The translations under genes were made by a program, and so were the position numbers. The notes below the pieces were generated by a model that was not told where the DNA came from, did no database searches, and saw only the letters and a list, made by a program, of their open reading frames with translations. Positions 7,192 through 16,354 of a stretch of DNA of 32,000 nt are shown one piece after another. Origin of the DNA: Candidatus Nitrospira inopinata (GTDB lineage Bacteria; Nitrospirota; Nitrospiria; Nitrospirales; Nitrospiraceae); NCBI RefSeq assembly GCF_001458695.1, contig NZ_LN885086.1:510001-542000 (forward strand), read 5' to 3'. Position 1 is the first letter of the stretch. Every line of letters begins with the position of its first letter.

Positions 7192-9615
7192 ATGACAATG
7201 GACAAATACAAACTTCCCGTCTCGATGCTGGCGCCCATCATCAAGCCGGCCCACCTCGGGTTGGAACACACGGGCGAGCTGGAGCCGCTGACCGACATCA
7301 TCGGCCAAGACCGAGCGGTCGAGGCCCTGGAATTCGGCTTGAGCATGAAAAGCGCGGGGTTCAACCTGTACGTCTCCGGCCCGGTCGGAACCGGAAAGGG
7401 TACGCTCGTTCGGCAGATGGCGAAACGGGTGGCGCAAGCATCCCCCGCTCCATCCGATTGGTGCTATGTCAACAATTTCCAGGACCCTTCCCGCCCCGTC
7501 TGTCTCGCGCTTCCGGCCGGTCAAGGGACGTCGTTTAAGCGGGCCATGGGAGACTTCATCGAAGGGCTGCGCCGCGAGATCCCCTTGGCCTTCGAGAGCA
7601 AGAAATATCTCGACGCCAAGGCTCGCCTGCAAGAAGACTTCGATTCCAAAAAGAAAGCGCTCTTTCAGGAATTGACCGAACTCAGCCGGAGCCGTGGATT
7701 CGGCTTTGAGGAAACGCCCGTCGGATTTGGGATCGTCCCTCTCAAGGCCGGCCGCCCCATGACGGAGGCCGACCTCGAGTCATTGACCGATGAAGAACGG
7801 CGCGACCTCGACGAGCGTCGCAAAATCCTTGAGGGAGAGATCCGTGATTTTCACGTGCGCGTCCATGGTCTGGACAGAGAAGCCGAACACCAGCTCCGCC
7901 ACCTGGACCGTCAAGTGGTGACGAACGTCTTGGAAGGCCGCTACGACACGCTGCGCCGAGCTTACCAGGATCGGCCGGCGGTAGCCTCTTATTTGGAGCG
8001 GGTGCGGCACGACGTCATTCACCATTACAAGGACTTCCTCGCCCACGAAAAGCCGCCCTTTCCAATCCCGGGGTTTGAATTCCGCCGGCCTGATCTGACG
8101 CGCTATCACATCAACGTGATCGTGGAGCATGACCCGCACGGCGGCGCGCCCGTGGTCGACGAATCCCATCCGACCTACTCGAACCTTATCGGAAAAATCG
8201 AGCGGCGGGCGCAGATGGGCGTCATGTACACGGACTTCACCGAGATTCGGGCCGGCGCCGTCCTGTTCGCCAACGGCGGCTATTTGATCGTCAACGCGCT
8301 GGACCTGCTTCGCCAGCCCTTCTCATGGGACGCGTTGAAACGGGTGATTAAAACGGGGGAAGTGAAAATCGAGGACCCCGGGGAATTTTACGGCTTCTCG
8401 GCGGTGGGATTAAAACCTGAGCCCATCCCCGTCAACGTGAAAGTCATCCTGGTCGGCCCGCCCGTTCTGTACTCGCTCCTCCAAACCTATGAGGAAGGTT
8501 TCGGCAAACTCTTCAAGGTCAAGGCGGACTTCGACACCGACGTCGCGCGCGATGATCGGGAAGATCGGCTCTATGCCCGCTTCATCGCCAAACTGTGCCG
8601 AGAGGAAGGGCTGCCCCATTTCGGGGCCGATGCGGTGGCCGAAGTGATCCGGCAGGGTCTGCGGCTCGCCGAACGAAGGGATCGGCTGTCGCTTCGGTTC
8701 AGCTTGGTGAGCGATCTCGTCCGCGAAGCCGGCTATTGGGCCGGGAAAGAGGGACGTCCGTTGGTCACTCGCGCGGATGTCGAGGCCGCCGTCGCCCACA
8801 AACGATACCGCTCGAACCTGGCCGAGCAATGGATCCAGGACGAAATCAAGGAAGGCACCTTGATGGTCGATCTGGACGGCGAGGTGACAGGGCAGGTCAA
8901 CGGCCTGTCCGTCCATCTGCTCGGGGATTACTCGTTCGGGCGTCCCACCCGCATCACGGCTCGAACCTACGTCGGCACCAAGGGCGTCATCGACATCCAG
9001 CGGGAAGCCGAACTCGCGGGGATGATCCACAGCAAGGGAGTACTGACCTTGGCCGGCTACCTGGCGGGGAAATTCGCCGGTTCTCATCCGCTCGCGATGA
9101 CCGCCTCGTTGACTTTCGAGCAAACCTATTCCGAGGTGGAAGGAGACAGCGCGGCCGTAGCCGAATTGGTCGCGATCCTCTCCAGCCTGGCCGACCTGCC
9201 GGTTCGTCAGTGGCTGGCCGTCACCGGCTCCGTCAATCAGTTGGGAGAAGTGCAGCCCATCGGCGGGGTGAACGAGAAGATCGAGGGATTCTTCGAGTCC
9301 TGTTTGCGCAGAGGATTAACGGGCAAGCAGGGGGTGATCATCCCGGCCCGCAACACCAAGCACCTGGCCCTTCGCCGCGACGTCGTGGAGGCCGCCGAAA
9401 CGGGCCGCTTCGCCGTCTACGCGGTGAACACGATCGACGAAGCGGTGGAGCTGCTCACCGGCATCCCGGCCGGGGAACGGGGTCTCGACGGACTCTATCC
9501 GCCCGATACCGTCTTCGGTCGCGCCGCTCGGCGCCTCGAAGAAATGGTGAACGCCGTCGCCCGGTGGGCGGAAGGGCAAGAAGAGAGCGGAGATTCTCTC
9601 ATCACGGAGCCGTGA
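7192..9615 (+). CDS. Lon-like (LonC/AAA_32-type) S16 protease with coiled-coil insertion
   Basis: ATG 7192 is the first start after the upstream stop; the 7117 start in the track overlaps the previous gene. N-terminus IIGQDRAVEALEFGL plus P-loop-like GPVGTGKGT (7378-7404). Long charged helical insertion (KKYLDAKARLQEDFDSKKKALFQEL...). C-terminal Lon protease domain with Ser (VEGDSAAVAELVAILS) and Lys (IGGVNEKIEGFF). Confidence 0.8.
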   Translation: MTMDKYKLPVSMLAPIIKPAHLGLEHTGELEPLTDIIGQDRAVEALEFGLSMKSAGFNLYVSGPVGTGKGTLVRQMAKRVAQASPAPSDWCYVNNFQDPSRPVCLALPAGQGTSFKRAMGDFIEGLRREIPLAFESKKYLDAKARLQEDFDSKKKALFQELTELSRSRGFGFEETPVGFGIVPLKAGRPMTEADLESLTDEERRDLDERRKILEGEIRDFHVRVHGLDREAEHQLRHLDRQVVTNVLEGRYDTLRRAYQDRPAVASYLERVRHDVIHHYKDFLAHEKPPFPIPGFEFRRPDLTRYHINVIVEHDPHGGAPVVDESHPTYSNLIGKIERRAQMGVMYTDFTEIRAGAVLFANGGYLIVNALDLLRQPFSWDALKRVIKTGEVKIEDPGEFYGFSAVGLKPEPIPVNVKVILVGPPVLYSLLQTYEEGFGKLFKVKADFDTDVARDDREDRLYARFIAKLCREEGLPHFGADAVAEVIRQGLRLAERRDRLSLRFSLVSDLVREAGYWAGKEGRPLVTRADVEAAVAHKRYRSNLAEQWIQDEIKEGTLMVDLDGEVTGQVNGLSVHLLGDYSFGRPTRITARTYVGTKGVIDIQREAELAGMIHSKGVLTLAGYLAGKFAGSHPLAMTASLTFEQTYSEVEGDSAAVAELVAILSSLADLPVRQWLAVTGSVNQLGEVQPIGGVNEKIEGFFESCLRRGLTGKQGVIIPARNTKHLALRRDVVEAAETGRFAVYAVNTIDEAVELLTGIPAGERGLDGLYPPDTVFGRAARRLEEMVNAVARWAEGQEESGDSLITEP

Positions 9616-9805
9616 CCGACATGAGGCCGTTTTCACTCCCGCAGAGCCTCGACAGCCCTCTCATCCCGTAAACGGAGAGCAGCATACGCGGCAGGTCGAT
9701 CTCGGCGCCGCCCCTCTTCGCCGACCGACTCCCGAACCGCACAGCGGTTGAGCGGACGGGAAGTCGTCCAGTATCATGGTGGCGAGCCCGCGATAGAGCC
9801 TGGGC

Positions 9806-9830
9806 CACCTTGCGCAGCACGCGCAAGGTG
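9806..9830. repeat. Perfect 10-bp inverted repeat (stem-loop) CACCTTGCGC-agcac-GCGCAAGGTG
   Basis: Read directly from the sequence. It is followed by an A7 run and lies ~28 nt upstream of ATG 9858 and ~190 nt downstream of the Lon-like stop. Function is unknown (5' UTR structure or operator). Confidence 0.5.
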
Positions 9831-9857
9831 AATCAAAAAAAGACGGTTGCGAACGTG

Positions 9858-11132
9858 ATGAGATCGACAAAATGGGTATGGAGAAGTCTCCTCGGGCTCG
9901 CCGCCTTCGGCGGCCTCACCTACCTCTATTACACCGAAGTGAAACCGGTCGTGATTTTTGGACTTCGGTCCGACTATGCCCACGCGATTCCTTATCAGGA
10001 GGTTCCCCAAGGCTTGGCCGGTTTGAAGGCCGAATCGTGCGGAACATGCCATCCCGATATCTACAACGAATGGAAAACCAGCATCCATGCCCAGGCCTAC
10101 GATGATCCGTTCTTCCAAGCCTATTGGACTAAGGACAAACGAATTTGGGTCTGTTTGAACTGTCACACGCCGCTCGAAAACCAACAGCCGACGTTGATCA
10201 AGGCCATCCCGCGCGACCGGGTGGAACGGGCCGTGCAGGAACCGAATCCGCGCTACGATCCCGACTATCAGCGAGAAGGAGTGACCTGCGCGGCCTGCCA
10301 TGTCCGTGAGGGGGTCATCCTAGGGCCTTACGAAGACGCCAAGGCCCCTCATCCGACGAAGTACGATCCGATGTTCCGCACCACGCAACTCTGTCAGCGA
10401 TGCCACAGCGTCGTGGGAGGACCGGCGCAGTTTTACAATGGCGGGCCTTGCGGCACCTATACCGAGTTCGAGGACGGATATTGGAGCAAGGAGCGAGGCT
10501 ATATCTGCCAGACCTGCCACATGCCGGAGATCGAGCGGCCGGTCGCGGTGGGAGGCCCCGTCCGAACGGGACGGCGGCACCTTTGGCGCGGGGGGCACGA
10601 CCCAGAGATGCTCAAACGGGCGATCGACGTCAAGATCTCGGCGCAACCGGCCGAACCCAAACCGGGCGATGCGATTCGCGTCACACTCACCCTCATCAAC
10701 GCCGGGGCCGGACACAAACTGCCGACCGGCGATCCCGATCGTCACTTTACGGTCGAGTTCGCGGTGCGCGATCAGGCCGGGAGGGTCTTGAAAGATCAGT
10801 CTGACACGATGGGGCGATGGATTCTCTGGCAGCCGGCCATCGTCGAACTCTACGACAATCGGCTCATGCCCTTGGCCAGCCGTGCATACACGTTCGAGTA
10901 TCGATTGCCCAGAGAGGGCGAGAAACAGACCCTATTCATCACGGTGCGGTATCACATTTTGACGGAACGGCAACATCACATGCTGATCGACAAGTACGGC
11001 CTCACGGCGCCGGACCCCTATCACTTCACCCTGTATGAGCGAGAAGTCCCTCTGACCGGCAATCTCACTGCCTCCCTGGCCGGCTTGGCTCGGACAACTC
11101 ACCTGGCCTGCTCGGGGCCTGAACAAGGTTGA
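9858..11132 (+). CDS. Pentaheme c-type cytochrome with non-heme C-terminal domain
   Basis: Five CxxCH motifs: CGTCH, CLNCH, CAACH, CQRCH, CQTCH. N-terminal anchor MRSTKWVWRSLLGLAAFGGLTYLYY. The track start (TTG 9810) sits inside the hairpin, so ATG 9858 is preferred but unproven. Confidence 0.75.
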   Translation: MRSTKWVWRSLLGLAAFGGLTYLYYTEVKPVVIFGLRSDYAHAIPYQEVPQGLAGLKAESCGTCHPDIYNEWKTSIHAQAYDDPFFQAYWTKDKRIWVCLNCHTPLENQQPTLIKAIPRDRVERAVQEPNPRYDPDYQREGVTCAACHVREGVILGPYEDAKAPHPTKYDPMFRTTQLCQRCHSVVGGPAQFYNGGPCGTYTEFEDGYWSKERGYICQTCHMPEIERPVAVGGPVRTGRRHLWRGGHDPEMLKRAIDVKISAQPAEPKPGDAIRVTLTLINAGAGHKLPTGDPDRHFTVEFAVRDQAGRVLKDQSDTMGRWILWQPAIVELYDNRLMPLASRAYTFEYRLPREGEKQTLFITVRYHILTERQHHMLIDKYGLTAPDPYHFTLYEREVPLTGNLTASLAGLARTTHLACSGPEQG

Positions 11133-11183
11133 CGCGATCACAATCTCGGGATCGACGCTCGGCCGATCCTCTCGCCGACCCCC

Positions 11184-12200
11184 TCATGTCATGGTCAGCA
11201 CCGCGCGAAACCTGGCCTTTCCGCTCAGCATCCGATCGTAGGCCGCCGGAGCCTGTTCCAGCGGGAACGACTCGACGATCGGACGGATGCCGGTCAACGC
11301 GCAAAAATTAAGCGCATCCTCCGAATCACGGGCGCTGCCCGACGGCCATCCTTGAATTGTCCGACGAGCGCTGATCAGTTGGATCGGGGTCATGGTCATG
11401 GGATCGGCCGATGCGCCGAGGACGATCAACTTGCCGCCGACCCCCAAGCCGTCGATCATCTCCGACATGGCTTTGCCGCTTGGAGCCGTCGCCAGAATCA
11501 CGGCGGCGCCGCCAAGACTCGCCAGCTCCTTGGCCGGATCGGTCGTTTCGGCATCCACGTAGCGCTCGGCCCCCAGCTTCAAAGCGAGTTCGGCCTTGTC
11601 CGCCCCTCGTCCGATGGCCACCGTGTGGAAGCCCATCTTGCCGGCAAACTGCACGCCAAGATGTCCCAAGCCTCCCACTCCCTGGACGGCGACCAGATCG
11701 CCCGCCTTGGCTCCGCTGTGACGCAAACTGTTGAACGTGGTGATCCCGGCGCAGAGAATCGGCGCGGCTTCGGTGGGAGTGAGCGCGTCCGGGATTGCGG
11801 CCAACGCCTCGGTGCGCGCGATCAAATACTCGGCATACCCTCCATCTTCGTGAAAGCCGGTCACGATGAAGTTCTTGCAGCCGAGAAAATCACCTCGACG
11901 GCACGGTGTGCAGTGGCCGCAATGTCCCCCGTGCCACCCGACGCCGACACGTTGGCCCTTTTCCCAGGCCACCACTCCGGCGCCCACCGCGTCGATCACG
12001 CCCGCCACCTCATGGCCCGTGACACGCGGATAGTGCAATCCCGGCCAATAGCCTTCTTTGACGAAGAGGTCGCTATGGCAAACCCCGCAGGCTTGCACTT
12101 TGACGCGGACGGTGTTGGGCCTGGGTTCCGGCACCGGACGCCGCACGATTTTGAACGGACCTCCAGGCTCGGTGATTTGCACGGCCGTCATTTGTGTCAT
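11184..12200 (-). CDS. Zinc-dependent alcohol dehydrogenase (MDR family)
   Basis: GVCHSDLFVKEGYWPG...GHEVAGVI catalytic Zn motif, a structural-Zn Cys cluster (GHCGHCTPCRRGDFLGC), and Rossmann VQGVGGLGHLGVQFA. Confidence 0.85.
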   Translation of the reverse strand: MTQMTAVQITEPGGPFKIVRRPVPEPRPNTVRVKVQACGVCHSDLFVKEGYWPGLHYPRVTGHEVAGVIDAVGAGVVAWEKGQRVGVGWHGGHCGHCTPCRRGDFLGCKNFIVTGFHEDGGYAEYLIARTEALAAIPDALTPTEAAPILCAGITTFNSLRHSGAKAGDLVAVQGVGGLGHLGVQFAGKMGFHTVAIGRGADKAELALKLGAERYVDAETTDPAKELASLGGAAVILATAPSGKAMSEMIDGLGVGGKLIVLGASADPMTMTPIQLISARRTIQGWPSGSARDSEDALNFCALTGIRPIVESFPLEQAPAAYDRMLSGKARFRAVLTMT

Positions 12201-12367
12201 CGGCGCCTCCTTGTCTACGTCTGCCGACCGGTCTGTTGCTGGAAGTTTCGCCGCCGCTCCACTGAATCCGCGATTCAGAAGCGGCAGACTGACACACGTC
12301 GAAATGCGATGCCGATGGAGAAAATGGAACCGGCCGGCAAGAACCCCTTCCGGTCTTGTTTCGCCCC

Positions 12368-12802
12368 TCAGTGGCGCAAGGATTGATCGCGCTCGCAGGT
12401 CAGCTCCGCCAACATCCGTTGCCCCTCCGTGGCGTCGGAGGGAATGCGCGCCAGGCAGGCTTCCAGCGAATCACCGACTGTTCCCGCCGAGGCCCGGTCG
12501 CCGCTTTTGGCAACGGCCGTCCCGACAATGCCCTGCCGGAGTTCTTCACTTTCCCGGCAGTTCTGTTCAGCGACCAGCCGAACCCCCTCGCTGGAATCTG
12601 CCGGAATTCGAGCCAAACACCCTTCCAGAGTATCCGACAACGCTTTGGGCCTCGTTTCGGGAGCGGCGTCGGCGGTCACCGACGCCGATGGATCACCCGA
12701 TGTCTGCTGCATCGCGGACCGTTCGAGCACACAGCCGGCTCCTGCTCCGACAAGACACGCGAGACCGATGAATCCGATTCCTCTCAGCATTCTGCTCTTC
12801 AT
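12368..12802 (-). CDS. Small secreted protein or possible lipoprotein with two tandem Cys-containing repeats
   Basis: ATG 12802 with an AAAGGA RBS is preferred over the 13027 start. Signal MKSRMLRGIGFIGLACLVGAGAGC. Two ~35-aa repeats share 18/35 identities: LEGCLARIPADSSEGVRLVAEQNCRESEELRQ and LEACLARIPSDATEGQRMLAELTCERDQSLRH. Confidence 0.55.
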   Translation of the reverse strand: MKSRMLRGIGFIGLACLVGAGAGCVLERSAMQQTSGDPSASVTADAAPETRPKALSDTLEGCLARIPADSSEGVRLVAEQNCRESEELRQGIVGTAVAKSGDRASAGTVGDSLEACLARIPSDATEGQRMLAELTCERDQSLRH

Positions 12803-12984
12803 GGGGGATATTCCTTTCGTTCCTCTTTCTGAAGCACAACAATGAGCGAGTATCTTGATCGCGCCCCTATATAGCGAAGTCTCCGTCATGGCGCAAGCGA
12901 CATTATCATCAAGAAGAGGCTTCATAGACGTGGGGAGCCGAGTTCTCCGGATCCCATGGAGATGGTGTATAGTGGAAGAACGCC

Positions 12985-14460
12985 TTGGATCATGGGCAGG
13001 GCATCCCACATCACCGAAAGCGGACAAGCGTGGCGCGTTTACACCTCGGAAATCCCCTCCGTTCCCTGGTTCCCGGAGAACTCGACCCGGAGGGGATCTC
13101 CATCGACGAACTGACCGTTTCGACCAAATTGCAATCCTGGGAGGATGCGCAGCTTCCGGTCAAATGGAGATTTTCCGCCCGCCTGCCGTTTTTTTTGGTT
13201 CTCTTGTTCATTCTTACCGTCATGTTCGTTCCTTGGACGCAGACGGTGACGGTCACCGGCCAAATCTCGGCCTATACGCCTTATGAGCGCCCCCAGGAAA
13301 TCGAGGCCCAGATCACCGGCCGCCTCAAAAAATGGCACGTGTTCGAAGGGGACCAGGTCAAGCAGGGCGACCTAATCCTTGAGTTGGACGACACAGACCC
13401 CAACTTCATGTCGCCGGACCTGTTGACGTTTCTGGAACAGCGGAAGCAGGCGCTGGAGAAGACGAAAACGGCTGCCTTGGCGAGGGTCGCTCAACTCGAC
13501 AAACGGATTGGAGAGATGCGGAACCTGCTGAACGCCGCCGTCCCTTCGGCCGAAGCGCGAGTGACCGAAGCGGAAAGCAAAGTGCGGGAGGCACGACAGA
13601 GGGTCGAAGCCGCCAAGATCGCCGCCATGACGGCGAACTTGAACCTGGAGCGGCACAAGCAACTGGCGAAGAGAGGCCTGGTGTCCGAGCGGGAGGTGGA
13701 ACTGGCCATCCAGACCGATATCGCCGGTCGAGCCGATCTGGAAGGGGCCCAGGCGAATCTTCAGGCCGCGGAGCAGGCCATGAAATCGCTCGGCTTCGGC
13801 CGCGACCAAGTCAGCGCCGAAATGTTGCAGCGGCTGCTGGACGCGGAGGCGGCTCGTGACGCGTCGGTGTTGGAAGCGGCGAGGGTGGAGGATCAGCTTG
13901 CCGACGTCCTCTTGCGGCTTTCGAACGCCGAGCAACGTCGCTACGCCGGCAAAATCACGGCGCCGGCCGACGGGACCGTCGTCAAGATGGCCAAGGTCGG
14001 CGTGGGAGAAACCGTCCGGCAGGGCGATACCCTGATCCTCATTGCTCCCACCAGTTTTGACAGGGCCGTCGAGATGACCGCGGACGGGTTGGACGCGCCG
14101 CTGTTGAACGTGGGCCGCAAGGTCAAGCTCCTCTTTTATGGAATCCCCGCCATTCCCCTGCCGGCCTGGCCTGAATTGATGGCCGGCACCTACGACGGCG
14201 TGATCAAGGTGGTCGATCAAGTCGACGACGGCAGGGGCAACTATCGGTTTTGGGTCGTTCCCGATCCCGACGATCGTCCCTGGCCCGACCAATTGCATGT
14301 CCGGCAGGGAACGAAGGTGATGGGCTGGGTGATCTTGAACCGCGTGCCTCTGTGGTATGAACTCTGGCGCCGATTCAATCTCTTCCCTCCCGACTACGAG
14401 GAACGCTCGCACACGTTGCTTGACACCTTGTTGCCAAAGGCTTGGAAAGTGGCGAAATAA
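12985..14460 (+). CDS. HlyD-family membrane fusion / periplasmic adaptor protein
   Basis: Single TM (LPFFLVLLFILTVMFV), lipoyl-like hairpin halves (ITGRLKKWHVFEGDQVKQGDLILELDD and ITAPADGTVVKMAKVGVGETVRQGDTLILI), and a long coiled coil between them. The start codon is uncertain (TTG 12985). Confidence 0.8.
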   Translation: MDHGQGIPHHRKRTSVARLHLGNPLRSLVPGELDPEGISIDELTVSTKLQSWEDAQLPVKWRFSARLPFFLVLLFILTVMFVPWTQTVTVTGQISAYTPYERPQEIEAQITGRLKKWHVFEGDQVKQGDLILELDDTDPNFMSPDLLTFLEQRKQALEKTKTAALARVAQLDKRIGEMRNLLNAAVPSAEARVTEAESKVREARQRVEAAKIAAMTANLNLERHKQLAKRGLVSEREVELAIQTDIAGRADLEGAQANLQAAEQAMKSLGFGRDQVSAEMLQRLLDAEAARDASVLEAARVEDQLADVLLRLSNAEQRRYAGKITAPADGTVVKMAKVGVGETVRQGDTLILIAPTSFDRAVEMTADGLDAPLLNVGRKVKLLFYGIPAIPLPAWPELMAGTYDGVIKVVDQVDDGRGNYRFWVVPDPDDRPWPDQLHVRQGTKVMGWVILNRVPLWYELWRRFNLFPPDYEERSHTLLDTLLPKAWKVAK

Positions 14461-14508
14461 CGTTCCGCCGCTTTGGAGCCGCCCGTGTCGTCCCCGCCAC
14501 CCCTCTCT

Positions 14509-16239
14509 TCAGGACATCAACAGCCCAGGACCCGGCGTCTCGCCAAGCGAGATACAGCGATCGACATAGGGAGTCAAGTCGGGATCGTTCGAAACGAAAA
14601 TGACGGTCCAAGGCTCATCCTTGGAGCACAGTCGTTGAATGATGGTATCCCGCACCGAGGGCTGCATATCGTGAATCAAACCGTCAAAAATCAGCAATTG
14701 CGGTCGTCCGACGATCGCACGCGCGAGCAGGATGCGCAAGACATGGGTCGAGGCCGGAATTTCCCCGAGCACGCCGATGTCGGAATCGATGCCTTGAGGA
14801 AACGTCGCCACCTCCTCCTGAAGCTTGGTCAACCACAGCGCCCACCGGATATCCTCATAGGAAATGTAGGGGCGCCGCCAGACAATATTGTCCGCGATCG
14901 TTCCGTCGATCAGCGAGAGCTGCGAATCGATCATGAAGCCGCGGCACCGGTTGATGACGCTTGGATCGAGATGCCTGAGATCCACGTCGTTATAGGAAAC
15001 GATCCCGCCGGTCGGCATGGTCAATCCGGCCAGCATCTTTGCGAGAGACATCCGCGCCGTCGTCGTCCCGACGTAGATGGCGATCTTCTCGCCCGGAGCG
15101 ACGTTCAGATCGACGTTCTTCAACACCGGTGATTCGCCCAGGCTCAGGCTCACGTCTTGGCATGACACGCGAATGCCGTGGATTTTGGGGTCAGGCAGCG
15201 TCACCGACATCGTGGGGGTCTGTAGACGTCGATCGCTGGGGAGGGAGAAGAAGACGTCCAGTTCGACCAAGGCCGTGAAAAAGAAATACACCTGCCCCAT
15301 GCTCTTGACGACCGCGTCGAAATTGACCAGCAGACCGGCGACGATGACCTCAACCGCCACCAATTGGCCGATGGTCAATTGGTCAATGGTCAAGAGCCAC
15401 CCGGCCAACGCCAAGGCGCCGCTGTGCGCGACCGCCTGGCCGCCCACCGAAGCCAGAAATTGGCGCAGCAGCACGGCGAACCGAGACCGGCGGCATTCGA
15501 TGTAGCGTGTCGCGATCTCGTCGGTTTTCTGAATCACCAGGGCGTCGCTGTCCGTCGCCTTGACGTGAAGCAGATTCTGAGAGAGCTGCTGGATCCAGTG
15601 CAACATGTCGTACTTGGCGTGCGACATGTCGACGGTCGTCCGCAACCCGCCGCGCGAGAGGCCGAAAAAAACGACGAAAGAGCCGAGCAGCAGGACGCCG
15701 TTAAAGAGCAGAAAGTACGGGTGATAGAACACCAGAATCATCATGCCGATCATGCCGCCGATGACCACGTGGACCAGATCCACCAGCAACGTCGCCAAGG
15801 CGCGCTGCATGAACACCGTTTCCACGAAATAGTTCGAGAGCCGAGGGTGAAACTCTTGAACGCGAACGTGCGAAAGCTTCCTCGCCATTGCAAACGCCGT
15901 CCTGACGAACAGTCGGCGCTGCAACACTTCGACGGCGTAATATTGCAACGTCCGAAAGGCTCCGACGGCGATCAAGACGACGACCATGATGACGGCCAGC
16001 GTGGCGATCATCACCGGTTGGATCGCGAAGGAAAAGGTATTGACCAATTCCTGGACCGTCAGAGGCACGATGAGCGCAAACAAGCCGATCACCAGCGAAT
16101 AGGAGACCACGAGGATCAGAATTCTTCGTTCATGCCGAAGAAAGCGGGCAAACAGGCTCAGGACATGAAAGAGGCTCGGCTGCGCGGCGCCATGCGCGCC
16201 ATGCGATTGTCCCATGCGTCGGATTCCCTTTATAGCCAC
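14509..16239 (-). CDS. ABC exporter-like half-transporter (TMD+NBD) with fully degenerate nucleotide-binding motifs
   Basis: N-terminal ~330 aa contain six hydrophobic helices typical of type I ABC exporters. The C-terminal NBD-like fold has Walker A reading VGTTTARMS (15046-15072), signature IPAST (14746-14760), Walker B LLIFDG (14680-14700) and H-loop position VSND. Start is GTG 16239 or ATG 16215. Confidence 0.7.
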   Translation of the reverse strand: MAIKGIRRMGQSHGAHGAAQPSLFHVLSLFARFLRHERRILILVVSYSLVIGLFALIVPLTVQELVNTFSFAIQPVMIATLAVIMVVVLIAVGAFRTLQYYAVEVLQRRLFVRTAFAMARKLSHVRVQEFHPRLSNYFVETVFMQRALATLLVDLVHVVIGGMIGMMILVFYHPYFLLFNGVLLLGSFVVFFGLSRGGLRTTVDMSHAKYDMLHWIQQLSQNLLHVKATDSDALVIQKTDEIATRYIECRRSRFAVLLRQFLASVGGQAVAHSGALALAGWLLTIDQLTIGQLVAVEVIVAGLLVNFDAVVKSMGQVYFFFTALVELDVFFSLPSDRRLQTPTMSVTLPDPKIHGIRVSCQDVSLSLGESPVLKNVDLNVAPGEKIAIYVGTTTARMSLAKMLAGLTMPTGGIVSYNDVDLRHLDPSVINRCRGFMIDSQLSLIDGTIADNIVWRRPYISYEDIRWALWLTKLQEEVATFPQGIDSDIGVLGEIPASTHVLRILLARAIVGRPQLLIFDGLIHDMQPSVRDTIIQRLCSKDEPWTVIFVSNDPDLTPYVDRCISLGETPGPGLLMS

Positions 16240-16354
16240 CTATGTCCGGACGTTATCGACGAGTCGGCGGGCCCATGGCGAGCGGATCCGCTCCACCGTC
16301 GTCCCTTCGCGGAAACCCTATCACGCTTTCGCCGGCGAGTCACTCCAGCCGGCC

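Noticed and set aside
8595-9671. 358-aa ORF on the + strand, in a different reading frame, overlapping the Lon-like gene. Similar long overlapping ORFs occur at 5129-5770(+), 11352-12386(+), 13372-14412(-), 15364-16482(+), 20815-21816(+), 22754-23842(-), 24698-25528(-), 25702-26847(-) and 27614-28438(-).
   Set aside because: These are typical high-GC shadow ORFs. They are extremely Arg/Gly/Pro/His-rich, have no recognisable motifs, and each is fully overlapped by a gene with clear family signatures in another frame or on the other strand.
13189-13196. T8 homopolymer inside the HlyD-family gene, considered as a slipped-strand phase-variation site.
   Set aside because: It simply encodes Phe-Phe-Leu in the transmembrane helix. 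The tract is short and I see no supporting evidence. It would only be worth checking if population reads show length variation.
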